Assembly: GCA_965203355.1 (NCBI GenBank)
Contig: OZ241889.1
Coordinates: 512,001 to 576,000, forward strand
Direction of reading: 5' to 3'
DNA: 64,000 nt
Origin: Candidatus Latescibacterota bacterium
GTDB taxonomy: Bacteria; Latescibacterota; UBA2968; UBA8231
Under the pieces are notes generated by a model. That model did not search any database. It was given only the letters and a program-made list of their open reading frames with translations, and had not been told where the DNA came from. Each line of letters opens with the position of its first letter. Within the stretch, counting starts at the first letter, position 1. A program made the translations under genes and the position numbers. Below, piece by piece: positions 48,673 through 58,325 of the stretch.

Positions 48673-49209
48673 TTGTTGCTGATTAGGCATTGCCAATCAT
48701 CAGGACAAGATCCGGACGCGCCTCTGACAGATATTGGACGAAAACAAGCGGAAGCACTCGCTGAGTTCTTGTCCGATTACCCGATCGACAGGATCGTCGC
48801 TAGTTCCTACACGCGGGCACGGCAAAGCATTGAGCCGTTTGCTACAAACGTGGGAATGCCTGTTCACTTGGATCGTCGCCTAACTGAACGGACGCTTTCG
48901 GAGAGTCCGATTGAAAATTGGCGCGAGATGGTGCGCGATTCATTTGGCGACTTGGAGTTGCGCTTACCGGGCGGCGAATCCGCACGTGAAGTGTTAGATC
49001 GCGGCTGGGCCGCCATCACCGAACTATTCAATGGCGGTCACCGATTTCCTGCTGCGGTAACTCATGGCAATCTCTTGAGCCTGATCTTGAATTCACTGGA
49101 CGCTAATTTCGGCTACGCTGAATGGGAATCGCTATCGAATCCAGATGTGTTCGCACTGAAAAAAGTTGGCGATGGGCGATTGGTGTTTGATAGGGTCTGG
49201 TCGGAGTAG
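48673..49209 (+). CDS. Histidine phosphatase family protein
   Basis: IRHCQS, SSYTRARQS, GGES, VTHG; lower GC, no obvious RBS. Confidence 0.85.
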   Translation: MLLIRHCQSSGQDPDAPLTDIGRKQAEALAEFLSDYPIDRIVASSYTRARQSIEPFATNVGMPVHLDRRLTERTLSESPIENWREMVRDSFGDLELRLPGGESAREVLDRGWAAITELFNGGHRFPAAVTHGNLLSLILNSLDANFGYAEWESLSNPDVFALKKVGDGRLVFDRVWSE

Positions 49210-49214
49210 GTACT

Positions 49215-49347
49215 ATGCCGTCTAACAGCGCGATTCGGCCGCGGTGGAAATAGCAAGAAGCGGACCGTTTTGCAATACAAGCCCCTGTACGATGCTTGAG
49301 GCCAGCTAGCCGCAGAAATGAAAGCCAGCCGGGTAGTTGGACAGCAT
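49215..49347 (+). other. attC-like site (degenerate)
   Basis: GTCTAAC (RYYYAAC) at 49220 and GTTGGAC (GTTRRRY) at 49336 inside a 12-bp imperfect inverted repeat ATGCCGTCTAAC/GTTGGACAGCAT, just after a stop codon. Confidence 0.4.
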
Positions 49348-49449
49348 CGCGGACACACAGAGAGGCCAACGCCCAAGACAAATACAGCAAGACACCAGCG
49401 AACTACCGATAATGGGAAATTTTTAGCGTTCTGGCTCTTTTTTAGCTTT

Positions 49450-49665
49450 TTAGCCCGGCAAGCGCGCCAAAATGAGCGTACCAAGAGCTAGCAGGGTCGT
49501 AAGCTGTATTCCGACCATCCAACGGAAGTCGCGGCGGTGTTCCTGTCGTAGCGCGTCAATGGCGCGCTCAATGGCGTCCAAGCGGTGCGTGAGCTGCTCG
49601 GCGATACCTTCCAGCCGTCCAATACGGCGGTCGTGATCTTGGTCTGGCGTTACAGGTTCGTTCAT
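49450..49665 (-). CDS. Small coiled-coil protein with C-terminal TM anchor
   Basis: RIGRLEG...RLDAIERAIDALRQE..DFRWMVGIQLTTLLALGTLIL; AAGGAGG RBS; TTGACA-17-GATGCT upstream at about 49796-49824 (-). Confidence 0.75.
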   Translation of the reverse strand: MNEPVTPDQDHDRRIGRLEGIAEQLTHRLDAIERAIDALRQEHRRDFRWMVGIQLTTLLALGTLILARLPG

Positions 49666-49893
49666 AGCGCGGCCCTCCTTGCCTTGCGCTGGCGTAAGGC
49701 TTGTCGGCGCGGCCTGCGGCGACCTAAAGCGTCACGTTCAATGTCCATGTGAAGTTATCCTTGTTGGTGGACACTACATTGCGTCCATAAAGAGAGCATC
49801 ACGGCAGGCAGGCGCGTTGTCAAGGCAGGCGTTATACTAACTCGAAGGCCAATTATTCGGCCCACTGCGCGACCTTCGCTCCAGCCAACTTAC

Positions 49894-50826
49894 ATGATTG
49901 ATATGAACTTTCCCAAACTCGACGAAGCCACGCGCCTTGAGCGATTGACGCCGCCGACCAGCAAGGTGCGGATGGTGCTCGACACGGATACGTACAACGA
50001 AATCGACGACCAGTTCGCAGTGGTCCAAGCCCTGCTCTCGCCCGACCAACTCGCGGTCGAGGCGATCTACGCGGCCCCTTTCTACAACAGTCGTTCGGCC
50101 GGGCCGGGCGACGGAATGGAGCAAAGCTACGCGGAAATCCTGCGGCTACTGAAGCGGTTGGAGATGGCACCGGAGGGCTTGGTATTCCGGGGAGCAATGG
50201 ACATCCTGCGAGACGACGTGCCGCAGGAAAGCGCGGCGGTCGAAGATCTAATCGCCAAAGCCAACGCCGCCGATCCGCTCTACGTAGTGGCCATCGGCGC
50301 ACTTACCAACGTAGCCTCGGCTATCCTGAACGATCCTACCATCATTGAGCGAATCGTCGTAGTCTGGCTCGGTGGCCACGCGCTCTATTGGCCGACCGCT
50401 AACGAATTCAACCTCCAAGGCGATCTCATGGCAGCGCAGGTAGTCTTCGGCTGCGGCGTACCCTTGGTCCAGATTCCATGTCATCCGGTGGCCTCGCATC
50501 TCCAAACGACGCGGGCAGAGTTGGAGCACTTCGTCAAGGGACGAGGGGCCGTTGGCGATTATCTAGTCGAAATATTCGCCGCCTATGCCCAAAATCACTT
50601 CGCCTCTTCCAAGGTGATTTGGGATCTGTCAGCGGCCGCTTGGTTGCTCGACTCGTCGTGGGTGCCGACCGACGTGGTGCATAGCCCGGTACTGACCGAT
50701 CAGAAAACCTGGAGCCACGATCCGTCGCGGCACTTTATGCGGGTGGCGCGAACCGTGCGGCGCGATGCGATTTTCGGGGATTTGTTCAGGAAACTGGATC
50801 AATGGGCGGGAAAGCTCAACGCCTAA
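49894..50826 (+). CDS. Nucleoside hydrolase family protein
   Basis: LDTDTYNEIDDQFA, AIGALTNVA, WLGG, EFN, IWD. Confidence 0.9.
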   Translation: MIDMNFPKLDEATRLERLTPPTSKVRMVLDTDTYNEIDDQFAVVQALLSPDQLAVEAIYAAPFYNSRSAGPGDGMEQSYAEILRLLKRLEMAPEGLVFRGAMDILRDDVPQESAAVEDLIAKANAADPLYVVAIGALTNVASAILNDPTIIERIVVVWLGGHALYWPTANEFNLQGDLMAAQVVFGCGVPLVQIPCHPVASHLQTTRAELEHFVKGRGAVGDYLVEIFAAYAQNHFASSKVIWDLSAAAWLLDSSWVPTDVVHSPVLTDQKTWSHDPSRHFMRVARTVRRDAIFGDLFRKLDQWAGKLNA

Positions 50827-50865
50827 ATCATTGCGTCGGAGCGAGTCGATTAGTAGCATTCATTC

Positions 50866-53301
50866 ATGGCCACCGTCGTCCTCACCGAAAAGCCCAGCGT
50901 GGCACGCGACATTGCCCGGGTCTTAGGAGCCAACAAACGCGGCCAAGGCCACGTCGAAGGCAACGGCTATATCGTCACCTGGGCACTAGGGCACCTCGTG
51001 CAATTCGCCGAACCAGACGACTACGGTCCGCCTTGGAACAGCCGCTGGTCCTTTGCCCAGCTACCGATGATCCCCGAGCGGTGGAAACTCAAGACGACGC
51101 GCTCGACCTCCGACCAGTACCAAATCGTCAAAAAGTTGCTCAACAGCCCGCAGACCGAGCGCATCATCTGCGCCACGGATGCCGGGCGCGAAGGCGAGCA
51201 TATCTTTCGCCTGATCTACGAGCACACCCGCTGCAAAAAGCCGTTTAGCAGGCTGTGGGTTTCGAGCCTGACCGACGAAGCGATTCAGAGCGGCTTCCGC
51301 GCCTTGCAGGAAGGAGCGGCTTTCGACCATCTCGCCGCGGCCGCACGGGCGCGCGGTCAAGCCGATTGGCTGATGGGCATGAACCTGACCCGCGCCTATA
51401 CCGTCCACAACAAGGCACTCTGCACCATCGGCCGGGTGCAGACGCCGACCCTGTCCATGGTGGTCAAGCGCGACGCGGCGATTGCCAGCTTTGTAAAGGC
51501 GTATTTCTACGAGTTAGTGGCGCAGTTAGCAGAGGGCTTTGCCGCTAAGTACTGCAAGGACGGCCAGACGCGCATCGACAACAAGGAGGAAGCCGAGCGC
51601 CTGCATCGCCAGCTCAGCCCCAACAAGGTCGGCACCGTCCGAAAAATCGAGCAGAAGATCAAAAGGAACCGGCCACCCGCCCTATACGATCTCAACAATC
51701 TCCAGCGCGACGCCAACCGCTGCTTTGGCTTTACTGCGGCGCAAACCCTCCAACGCGCCCAAGCCCTGTACGAAGCCCACAAGCTCATCACGTACCCGCG
51801 CACCGAGAGCCGCCACATCTCCGAGGACATGGTGCCCAAGCTGCCCGGCATCTTGGAAAAGCTAGCGCACCCACAAGCCGCGGTGGCCCTGGAGCGTCTG
51901 CGCGGCGGGCATCGGCTCGGCAGAGCGTATGTCGACCGCACCAAGCTCACCGACCACCACGCCATCATTCCCACCGGGCAACAGCCCGCCCCCAATCTGG
52001 CACCAGACCTACAGAAGGTGTACGGCCTGATAGTGGCGCGCTTTGTCGGCATCTTCCTGCCCGACCAAACGGTCGAAGAGACCACCGTTTGGCTCGACAT
52101 CGGTGGGGCCGATTTTGTGGCCAAGGGATCGGTCGTCTTAGAGGCGGGTTGGACGGTCGTCGCCGTGCGGCCTCCAAACGCCACAAAGAAAGACGACGAC
52201 CCGCGACAGGTGCTCCCACCGCTGCAACAAGGCCAGCAAGTTTGCGTAACGCGCATGGATGTGGTCGAAAAAGAAACCCAACCACCACGGCCCTATACAG
52301 ACGCCACGCTGCTAGCGGCCATGAAGAACGCCGGCCGCGAACTCGAGGACGACGAGTTGGCCGCGGCCCTGAAGGAATCCGGGCTAGGCACACCGGCCAC
52401 GCGGGCCGAGACCATCGAAAAGCTGATTCGCACCGGCTATGTAGTCCGCGACCGCAAGTCGATCGCCTCGACGGAGAAGGGCAAAGCACTCGTGAGCTTG
52501 GTAGCCGAACCGCTGCGCAGTCCCGAATTGACGGCCGAGTGGGAGCAACAGCTTAAAGACGTCGAAGAAGGGCAGCGGCCGGTGGCGGGGTTCTACGAAG
52601 GGATTGCCGATTTGGTGAGGACGCTAGTGCCCAAGGTCCAGCAAGGACCGGCACTCTCCCCCGAGCAAGCGGCCCAGGCGCAAGGCAAGAAGAGAGGCGG
52701 CAGTAAAAGTCGCGGCAAGGTGTTAGGGCCTTGTCCCAAGTGCAAAGAGGGCCAAGTAGTAGAAAACGCCAAAGCGTACGGATGCAGCCGCTATCGGGCC
52801 GGCTGCAACTTTACCATCTGGAAGACGGTGGCGCGCAAGCGGCTTACCGAAAAGCAGGCGCAGTTGTTGCTGGCCAATGGGCGCACCGAAAAGATGCCGG
52901 GCTTTGTCTCCAAGGCCGGCAAGAAGTTTGCGGCGCGGCTCAAGTTCGGCGATGAATACAAGGTCGTCTTCGAGTTTGACGAGCGGCCGCAGAATGGCTC
53001 GGCTCGGTCGGAGCAACAGGAGACCGCCCCCCTCACCTGTCCCAAGTGCCAGCAGGGCCAAATTATCGAGGGCCAGCGCGGCTTTGGCTGCAATCGCTAT
53101 CGCGCGGGGTGCGACTTTGTGGTATGGAAGGAAATGTCAGGTAAAAAGCTGACCGAAAAGCAAATCCACACCTTGATCGCCAAAGGCAAAACCGGCGTGA
53201 TCAAGGGCTTCAAAAGCAAAAAGGGCGGTAAGTTCGACGCACGGCTGAAGCTCGGGCCAGCGTACGAGGCCGCGTTTGATTTTCCCGCTGATACGCGCTG
53301 A
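50866..53301 (+). CDS. topB: DNA topoisomerase III with duplicated C-terminal Zn-ribbon/repeat modules
   Basis: EKPSVA, ATDAGREGE, GRVQTPT, LITYPRT (catalytic Tyr), GLGTPATRA; two CPKC...GC.RYRAGC.F..WK...F.SK.G.KF.ARL modules. Confidence 0.93.
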   Translation: MATVVLTEKPSVARDIARVLGANKRGQGHVEGNGYIVTWALGHLVQFAEPDDYGPPWNSRWSFAQLPMIPERWKLKTTRSTSDQYQIVKKLLNSPQTERIICATDAGREGEHIFRLIYEHTRCKKPFSRLWVSSLTDEAIQSGFRALQEGAAFDHLAAAARARGQADWLMGMNLTRAYTVHNKALCTIGRVQTPTLSMVVKRDAAIASFVKAYFYELVAQLAEGFAAKYCKDGQTRIDNKEEAERLHRQLSPNKVGTVRKIEQKIKRNRPPALYDLNNLQRDANRCFGFTAAQTLQRAQALYEAHKLITYPRTESRHISEDMVPKLPGILEKLAHPQAAVALERLRGGHRLGRAYVDRTKLTDHHAIIPTGQQPAPNLAPDLQKVYGLIVARFVGIFLPDQTVEETTVWLDIGGADFVAKGSVVLEAGWTVVAVRPPNATKKDDDPRQVLPPLQQGQQVCVTRMDVVEKETQPPRPYTDATLLAAMKNAGRELEDDELAAALKESGLGTPATRAETIEKLIRTGYVVRDRKSIASTEKGKALVSLVAEPLRSPELTAEWEQQLKDVEEGQRPVAGFYEGIADLVRTLVPKVQQGPALSPEQAAQAQGKKRGGSKSRGKVLGPCPKCKEGQVVENAKAYGCSRYRAGCNFTIWKTVARKRLTEKQAQLLLANGRTEKMPGFVSKAGKKFAARLKFGDEYKVVFEFDERPQNGSARSEQQETAPLTCPKCQQGQIIEGQRGFGCNRYRAGCDFVVWKEMSGKKLTEKQIHTLIAKGKTGVIKGFKSKKGGKFDARLKLGPAYEAAFDFPADTR

Positions 53302-53302
53302 C

Positions 53303-53881
53303 ATGGCTCGCCAACGCTGCCCTTGGCTCGCCCTCGACAAACCCGATTACGTCGCGTACCACGACCGCGAGTGGGGAGTCCCGGTCCACGACGACCGCAA
53401 GCACTTTGAGTTTCTCACCCTTGAATCCGCCCAAGCCGGCCTCAGTTGGTACACCGTCCTACGCAAGCGCGCCAACTACCGCCAAGCCTTCGCCGAATTC
53501 AACCCGGCCCACGTCGCTCGCTTCAGCGCAGCCAAGGTCGAACAGATGCTCCAAGACCCCGGGCTGATTCGCAATCGCCGCAAGATCAGCGCGGCCGTAG
53601 AAAACGCGCAGCACTTCCTCGCCGTGCAGGACGAATTCGGCAGCTTCAGCACCTATATTTGGCACTTTGTCAATGGCGAGCCTATCGTCAACGAGTTCCG
53701 CACTCTCGCCGATTTACCGGCCACCAGCCGCGAGTCCGACGCCTTGAGCAAAGACCTCAAAAGCCGCGGCTTCAAGTTCATCGGCTCGACCGTCATCTAC
53801 GCCCACATGCAAGCCACCGGCCTAGTCAACGACCACGTCCTCGGCTGCTTCCGCCGCAGTCAGATTCTCAACGCGGAATAG
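53303..53881 (+). CDS. tag: DNA-3-methyladenine glycosylase I
   Basis: RCPW, YHDREWG, LESAQAGLSW, IRNRRKI, GFKFIG, GLVNDH. Confidence 0.95.
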   Translation: MARQRCPWLALDKPDYVAYHDREWGVPVHDDRKHFEFLTLESAQAGLSWYTVLRKRANYRQAFAEFNPAHVARFSAAKVEQMLQDPGLIRNRRKISAAVENAQHFLAVQDEFGSFSTYIWHFVNGEPIVNEFRTLADLPATSRESDALSKDLKSRGFKFIGSTVIYAHMQATGLVNDHVLGCFRRSQILNAE

Positions 53882-53966
53882 GCGCGTTTCCATGCTCAGC
53901 AATGCGCCCAACGCCGCGCGCTCGCACTGGCTCAAACTCTGACCCTTCGTCGGCACCCAGAAGCCT

Positions 53967-54779
53967 ATGAACACCGCCCATCCACTGCTCGACATTGAGC
54001 GCATCAACGGGCCGCCCGGCCCGTATCTCGAAGCAATCGGCACCGTATTTGCCACCTTCGGTGAGCCCGTCCAAGACTCGGGCAACGTCTCCTATGGCGT
54101 ACAGATTGGCAGCGAGCGCTTCTTCGTCAAAACCACCAATCCCGAAGCCGAGGCATACTGCGACCACGAGGCCCGCCGGGCATTGCTGTACAATGCCGCC
54201 CGGCTGCGGCGTAGTTGCGATCATCCGACCTTGCCAGTGCTGCATCGCATCGTCGAAACGGCGCACGGCCCGGCACTCGTGTACGACTGGGTTGACGGCG
54301 AGTGCCTATACCATAGACGCGCTGATCCACAATCGGCGCATCGGCGATTTCGCCGCCTACCCACCGCTGCCATTCTCGCCGTGCTCGCCGCGATCTACGA
54401 TTTGCACGTCCAGCTCGTCCAGCGCGGGTGGATTGCCGTGGACTTCTACGATGGCTGTCTGATGTACGACTTCGAGCGCCAAGCCGCGCACATCGTCGAT
54501 CTCGATACCTATCACTTGGGGGCGTTTACCAACCAGATGGGGCGGATGTTTGGCTCGACGCGCTTCATGGCACCAGAAGAATTTGAGCGCGGCGCGCTAA
54601 TCGACGAGCGCACGACCGTCTTTACCATGGGCCGCACCGCAGTCGTATGCCTCGGCGACGACATCGGCGGTGCGATGGGGGAGGTCGTCGGCCGCGCCTG
54701 TCGCCCAGAGCGCGAGGAACGCTACCCTTCTATGGAGGAGTTTTACGCGGCTTGGCAGCGGGCGCGGTGTACCCTTTAG
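53967..54779 (+). CDS. Ser/Thr protein kinase-like protein
   Basis: FFVK, LVYDWVDGE, AVDFYDG (atypical catalytic loop), VDLD, GSTRFMAPEE. Confidence 0.75.
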   Translation: MNTAHPLLDIERINGPPGPYLEAIGTVFATFGEPVQDSGNVSYGVQIGSERFFVKTTNPEAEAYCDHEARRALLYNAARLRRSCDHPTLPVLHRIVETAHGPALVYDWVDGECLYHRRADPQSAHRRFRRLPTAAILAVLAAIYDLHVQLVQRGWIAVDFYDGCLMYDFERQAAHIVDLDTYHLGAFTNQMGRMFGSTRFMAPEEFERGALIDERTTVFTMGRTAVVCLGDDIGGAMGEVVGRACRPEREERYPSMEEFYAAWQRARCTL

Positions 54780-54850
54780 GTATCAACGTCGTATCGCCTA
54801 ACTCCCATTCTGCACTTCAATATTCCTCCGGCCTCAGAGCACATCCCCGC

Positions 54851-54865
54851 TGGCACGGTTCTTGT
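54851..54865 (+). promoter_or_regulatory. Possible sigma54 promoter upstream of comM
   Basis: TGGCACGGTTCTTGT: perfect -24 box, -12 box TTGT instead of TTGC. Confidence 0.35.
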
Positions 54866-54898
54866 TGCCTATTGCCTATCGCAACAGAAAGGAACCGC

Positions 54899-56425
54899 AT
54901 GCCCTCCACCGTCCTCTCGGCCGCTACGCTCGGTATTGACGCGTACCCGGTCCACGTCGAAGTCGATACCGACCGCAGCTTGCCGACCTTCACAGTCGTC
55001 GGCCTGCCCGACTCCGCGGTCCGCGAAAGCAAAGAGCGCGTCTTGGCGGCCATCAAAAACGCTGGCTATCAGTGGCCGCGTCGCAAGATCACCATCAATC
55101 TCGCGCCGGCCGACCGCAAGAAGGAAGGCTCGGCTTTCGACCTGCCCATCGCCGTCGGCGTCTTGGCGGCCTCGCAGCAGATCAAGCCCTTGGGTCTCGC
55201 CGAGTTCGCGCTCTTGGGCGAGCTATCGCTCAACGGCAGCGTACGCCCGGTCCACGGCATGCTGTCCATGGCCACATCCCTGCACCAGCAGGGCCTCTAC
55301 GGCATGATCGTACCCACGCAAAACGCCCGCGAGGCCGCCATTGCCAATGGGCCGCTCGTCTATGGCGTCAGTTCGCTGAACGAAGCTATCGGCGTTTTGA
55401 CCGGCGACGCGCGCCAACGGCCCTACGAATTGAACGTGGAGGAGGTGTTCAGCAGCAACGCCAACTACGGGGTTGACTTTGCGGACGTGCGCGGTCAAGA
55501 TCACGCCAAGCGCGCCCTCGAAGTCGCCGCCAGCGGCGGGCACAACTTGCTCATGGTCGGGCCGCCCGGGTCGGGCAAGACCATGCTCGCCCGCCGCCTG
55601 CCCACGATCCTTCCGCCACCCACCCTGCAAGAAGCGCTCGCCACCACTAAGATCCATTCGGTCGCTGGCATCCTGCCTTCAGGCCAAGCTCTGGTCGCCA
55701 CCCGGCCCTTCCGCGCTCCGCACCATACCATCTCGGACGCGGGCCTCATTGGCGGTGGCGCGTACCCGCGTCCGGGCGAGGTTTCGCTCTCCCATCACGG
55801 CGTACTTTTCCTAGACGAGTTGCCCGAGTTTCGCCGCAACGTCGTCGAAGCCCTGCGCCAGCCGCTCGAAGACCACGCCGTTACCATCACGCGGGCGCAG
55901 GTCGCCATAGCCTATCCAGCGGATTTTACCCTGGTCGCGGCGATGAATCCCTGCCCCTGCGGCTACCTTGCGGATGCCCGCCGCACCTGCACCTGCTCTC
56001 CGGCCGCCATTCGCCGCTACCGCGCGCGCGTTTCCGGGCCGCTCCTCGACCGCATCGACATCCACATTGAAGTGCCAGCCCTCGCCTACGACGACTTGGC
56101 CAACAAGCAAGGCGGCGAAGGCTCGGCGCAAATCCGCCAGCGCGTCAACACCGCTCGCCAGCGGCAACTCGACCGCTTTGCCGGCGAGCTATTCTGCAAC
56201 GCCCAGATGAGTACGCGACACATCCGCCGCCATTGCTCGCTCGACGACGCCGGGCAGGCCCTGCTCGAAAAAGCGATGAACCGCCTCGGCCTGTCGGCCC
56301 GCGCCTACGACCGCATCCTCAAGGTCGCCCGCACTATCGCCGACTTGGCCGACGCCCCGATCCAGTCGCAGCACCTAGCCGAGGCCATACAATATCGAGC
56401 GCTGGACCGCAGCGGCCTCCTGTAG
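54899..56425 (+). CDS. comM: YifB family Mg-chelatase-like AAA+ ATPase (ComM)
   Basis: VGLPDSAVRES, INLAPA, GPPGSGKTM, PFRAPHHT, LFLDE, AMNPCPCG, SGPLLDRID, LSARAY. Confidence 0.95.
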   Translation: MPSTVLSAATLGIDAYPVHVEVDTDRSLPTFTVVGLPDSAVRESKERVLAAIKNAGYQWPRRKITINLAPADRKKEGSAFDLPIAVGVLAASQQIKPLGLAEFALLGELSLNGSVRPVHGMLSMATSLHQQGLYGMIVPTQNAREAAIANGPLVYGVSSLNEAIGVLTGDARQRPYELNVEEVFSSNANYGVDFADVRGQDHAKRALEVAASGGHNLLMVGPPGSGKTMLARRLPTILPPPTLQEALATTKIHSVAGILPSGQALVATRPFRAPHHTISDAGLIGGGAYPRPGEVSLSHHGVLFLDELPEFRRNVVEALRQPLEDHAVTITRAQVAIAYPADFTLVAAMNPCPCGYLADARRTCTCSPAAIRRYRARVSGPLLDRIDIHIEVPALAYDDLANKQGGEGSAQIRQRVNTARQRQLDRFAGELFCNAQMSTRHIRRHCSLDDAGQALLEKAMNRLGLSARAYDRILKVARTIADLADAPIQSQHLAEAIQYRALDRSGLL

Positions 56426-56479
56426 CTTGGGGACGCGGTTATAGCCAACGTAGCGCGTTGAGTGCCCGCGCTGCATATT
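56355..56479 (+). repeat. Left direct repeat (comM 3' end plus downstream sequence)
   Basis: ccccgatccagtcgc...cggcctcctgtagcttggggacgcggttatagccaacgtagcgcgttgagtgcccgcgctgcatatt, repeated at 59882-59973. Confidence 0.95.
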
Positions 56480-56516
56480 CTGGCGGAAACGCGGCGAACT
56501 TTATACGGGAGTTGAG

Positions 56517-56768
56517 ATGGCGAATCTGCGCGAAGAAACCCTGAACACCTATCTGGCGAGCCTGCTCGACCGCTACGACGGCATTCGTGCGACCCCTGAA
56601 ATACGCGATGGCAGCGAAGCGATTGACATCACGGTCACCCATAGCAATGCGACCGCTGTAATACCTATCCTCATAGAAGCTAAAATTGGCGACTCGGTTG
56701 CCAATCGCCGCACGAAATTCTATATTGGAAAAGTTAGGAATCCCGTTGAATCCATCCAAAATAGATAA
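56517..56768 (+). pseudogene. N-terminal nuclease fragment of a type IIG-like RM gene
   Basis: MANLREETLNTYLASLL...IDI...ILIEAKIG PD-(D/E)xK motif, ending where the AT-rich sequence begins. Confidence 0.55.
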
Positions 56769-56773
56769 ATAAG

Positions 56774-56870
56774 ATGGACAATCAACTCATCTGCCGTGAT
56801 GCGACATCGCTAGCGATCTGCCCGTTAGTATAGTATTGACCTCATAGTAACCTCACCACCGTATAATTAG
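56774..56870 (+). pseudogene. Remnant of a second beta-class DNA methyltransferase
   Basis: MDNQLICRDA..., frameshift, then SIDLIVTSPPYN-stop immediately before the RBS of the intact MTase. Confidence 0.65.
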
Positions 56871-56880
56871 GAGGGAAATA

Positions 56881-57699
56881 ATGAAGTCTGGCTGGATGAA
56901 TAATCTTCATATCGGGGACTGCCTTGACGTGATGCAGGATTTCCCAGACGAAAGCGTTGATCTGGTCGTAACGTCTCCACCCTATGCCGATGCCAGAAAA
57001 CGCACCTATGGCGGCATCCCCGCCGATTCTTATGTCCAGTGGTTTATTCCGATAGGGGTACAGATTCTACGGGTGCTAAAGCCTTCGGGGTCTTTTGTGC
57101 TGAATATCAAAGAGAAAGCCGTCAATGGCGAGAGACACCTCTATGTTTTAGACCTGATCAGTGCGCTTAGAAGAGAGGTCGGCTTTCGATGGGTTGAAGA
57201 GTATATCTGGCACAAGACGACCTCGGCCCCCGGTAAGTGGAAGTATCGGTTTCGGGATGGATGGGAAAGACTGTTGCACTTTACCAAGACCTCTAACTTC
57301 AAGATGAACCAAGAGGCTGTCATGGTGCCGGCAGGATCGTGGACTAAGGCTCGGCTGAAGAACATGGGAGAAAGGGATTACCAGCGGAATAATTCCGCTA
57401 CCCAATCAGGGATCGGTCGAAATATGTCGGCTTGGTCTAAACGGGATATGGTGTACCCCAACAACGTGCTTCACAAAGCACCCGTCTGCCATAATACCGG
57501 CCATTCCGCTGCCTTCCCTGAATGGCTACCGGCATTTTTCATCGAACTATTTACCGATGCAGGAGATGTTGTCCTTGATCCCTTTCTTGGCTCCGGGACC
57601 ACCTTTAGAGTAGCTGAAAAGCTCAATCGCACCCCCATCGGCATTGAGCTACACGCCGAAAACGTAGAGGATATGGCTTGTGCTCCCTTGGGTTTCTGA
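56881..57699 (+). CDS. Beta-class (N4-cytosine/N6-adenine) DNA methyltransferase
   Basis: GDCL, DLVVTSPPY (motif IV) N-terminal; HSAAFP, VLDPFLGSGTT (motif I) C-terminal. Confidence 0.95.
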   Translation: MKSGWMNNLHIGDCLDVMQDFPDESVDLVVTSPPYADARKRTYGGIPADSYVQWFIPIGVQILRVLKPSGSFVLNIKEKAVNGERHLYVLDLISALRREVGFRWVEEYIWHKTTSAPGKWKYRFRDGWERLLHFTKTSNFKMNQEAVMVPAGSWTKARLKNMGERDYQRNNSATQSGIGRNMSAWSKRDMVYPNNVLHKAPVCHNTGHSAAFPEWLPAFFIELFTDAGDVVLDPFLGSGTTFRVAEKLNRTPIGIELHAENVEDMACAPLGF

Positions 57700-58315
57700 A
57701 GACGACTTTGAGCGAGAGCTTGTACGACTAAAAACAAGCTGCCGAAACGCACTTTCCGAATCTGAGCGTAGAAGAAAGAAAAATGTCGTTGATCCATTTT
57801 TGAGTCTTATGAAATCAGATACTTTCCGTATAAAGAGCGTCTGCGAGTTGAGATCTTCACAAGACACTGAATCGGCAAATCGGGGATTAAGCAATGCGAT
57901 TGGCCTCTTTCACCAGGGTATATTAGGATCAGTAGAAGGATGGGAAAACCATGACGATGTTTATGACTTGAGATCAGAAAAGAAAAAAATGATCGTTGAG
58001 TTAAAGAACAAGCACAACACCATGAACAGTACAGATAGAAGCGGCGTAATACAAAAACTGTCCAACTCAATTCAAAAAGAAGCGGCTGACTGGACAGCGG
58101 CCCTCGTCTTAATCATCCCTTCAGAACCCGAACGATATAGAAAAAATATTGGGAACAGAATCATCGAGATGGATGGTGCGAGTTTTTATCATTTGGTTAC
58201 GGGCCATAGCGATGCCATTCGCCAACTCTTTGAACATCTCTCCAATAGACTGTCTATCCCTGACGAAATTAGACTACATTGTAGAGAGATATTAGACCAT
58301 TCACTCCCGACGTGA
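57680..58315 (+). CDS. Eco47II-family type II restriction endonuclease
   Basis: KNVVDPF, LSNAIGLFHQGILG, IVELKNKHNTMNS, DGASFYHLVTG. Confidence 0.85.
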   Translation: MLPWVSEDDFERELVRLKTSCRNALSESERRRKKNVVDPFLSLMKSDTFRIKSVCELRSSQDTESANRGLSNAIGLFHQGILGSVEGWENHDDVYDLRSEKKKMIVELKNKHNTMNSTDRSGVIQKLSNSIQKEAADWTAALVLIIPSEPERYRKNIGNRIIEMDGASFYHLVTGHSDAIRQLFEHLSNRLSIPDEIRLHCREILDHSLPT

Positions 58316-58325
58316 GAACTTACCT

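Noticed and set aside
52720-53285. Internal duplication in topB as a novel repeat
   Set aside because: Repeated C-terminal Zn-ribbon modules are a known feature of topoisomerase III proteins
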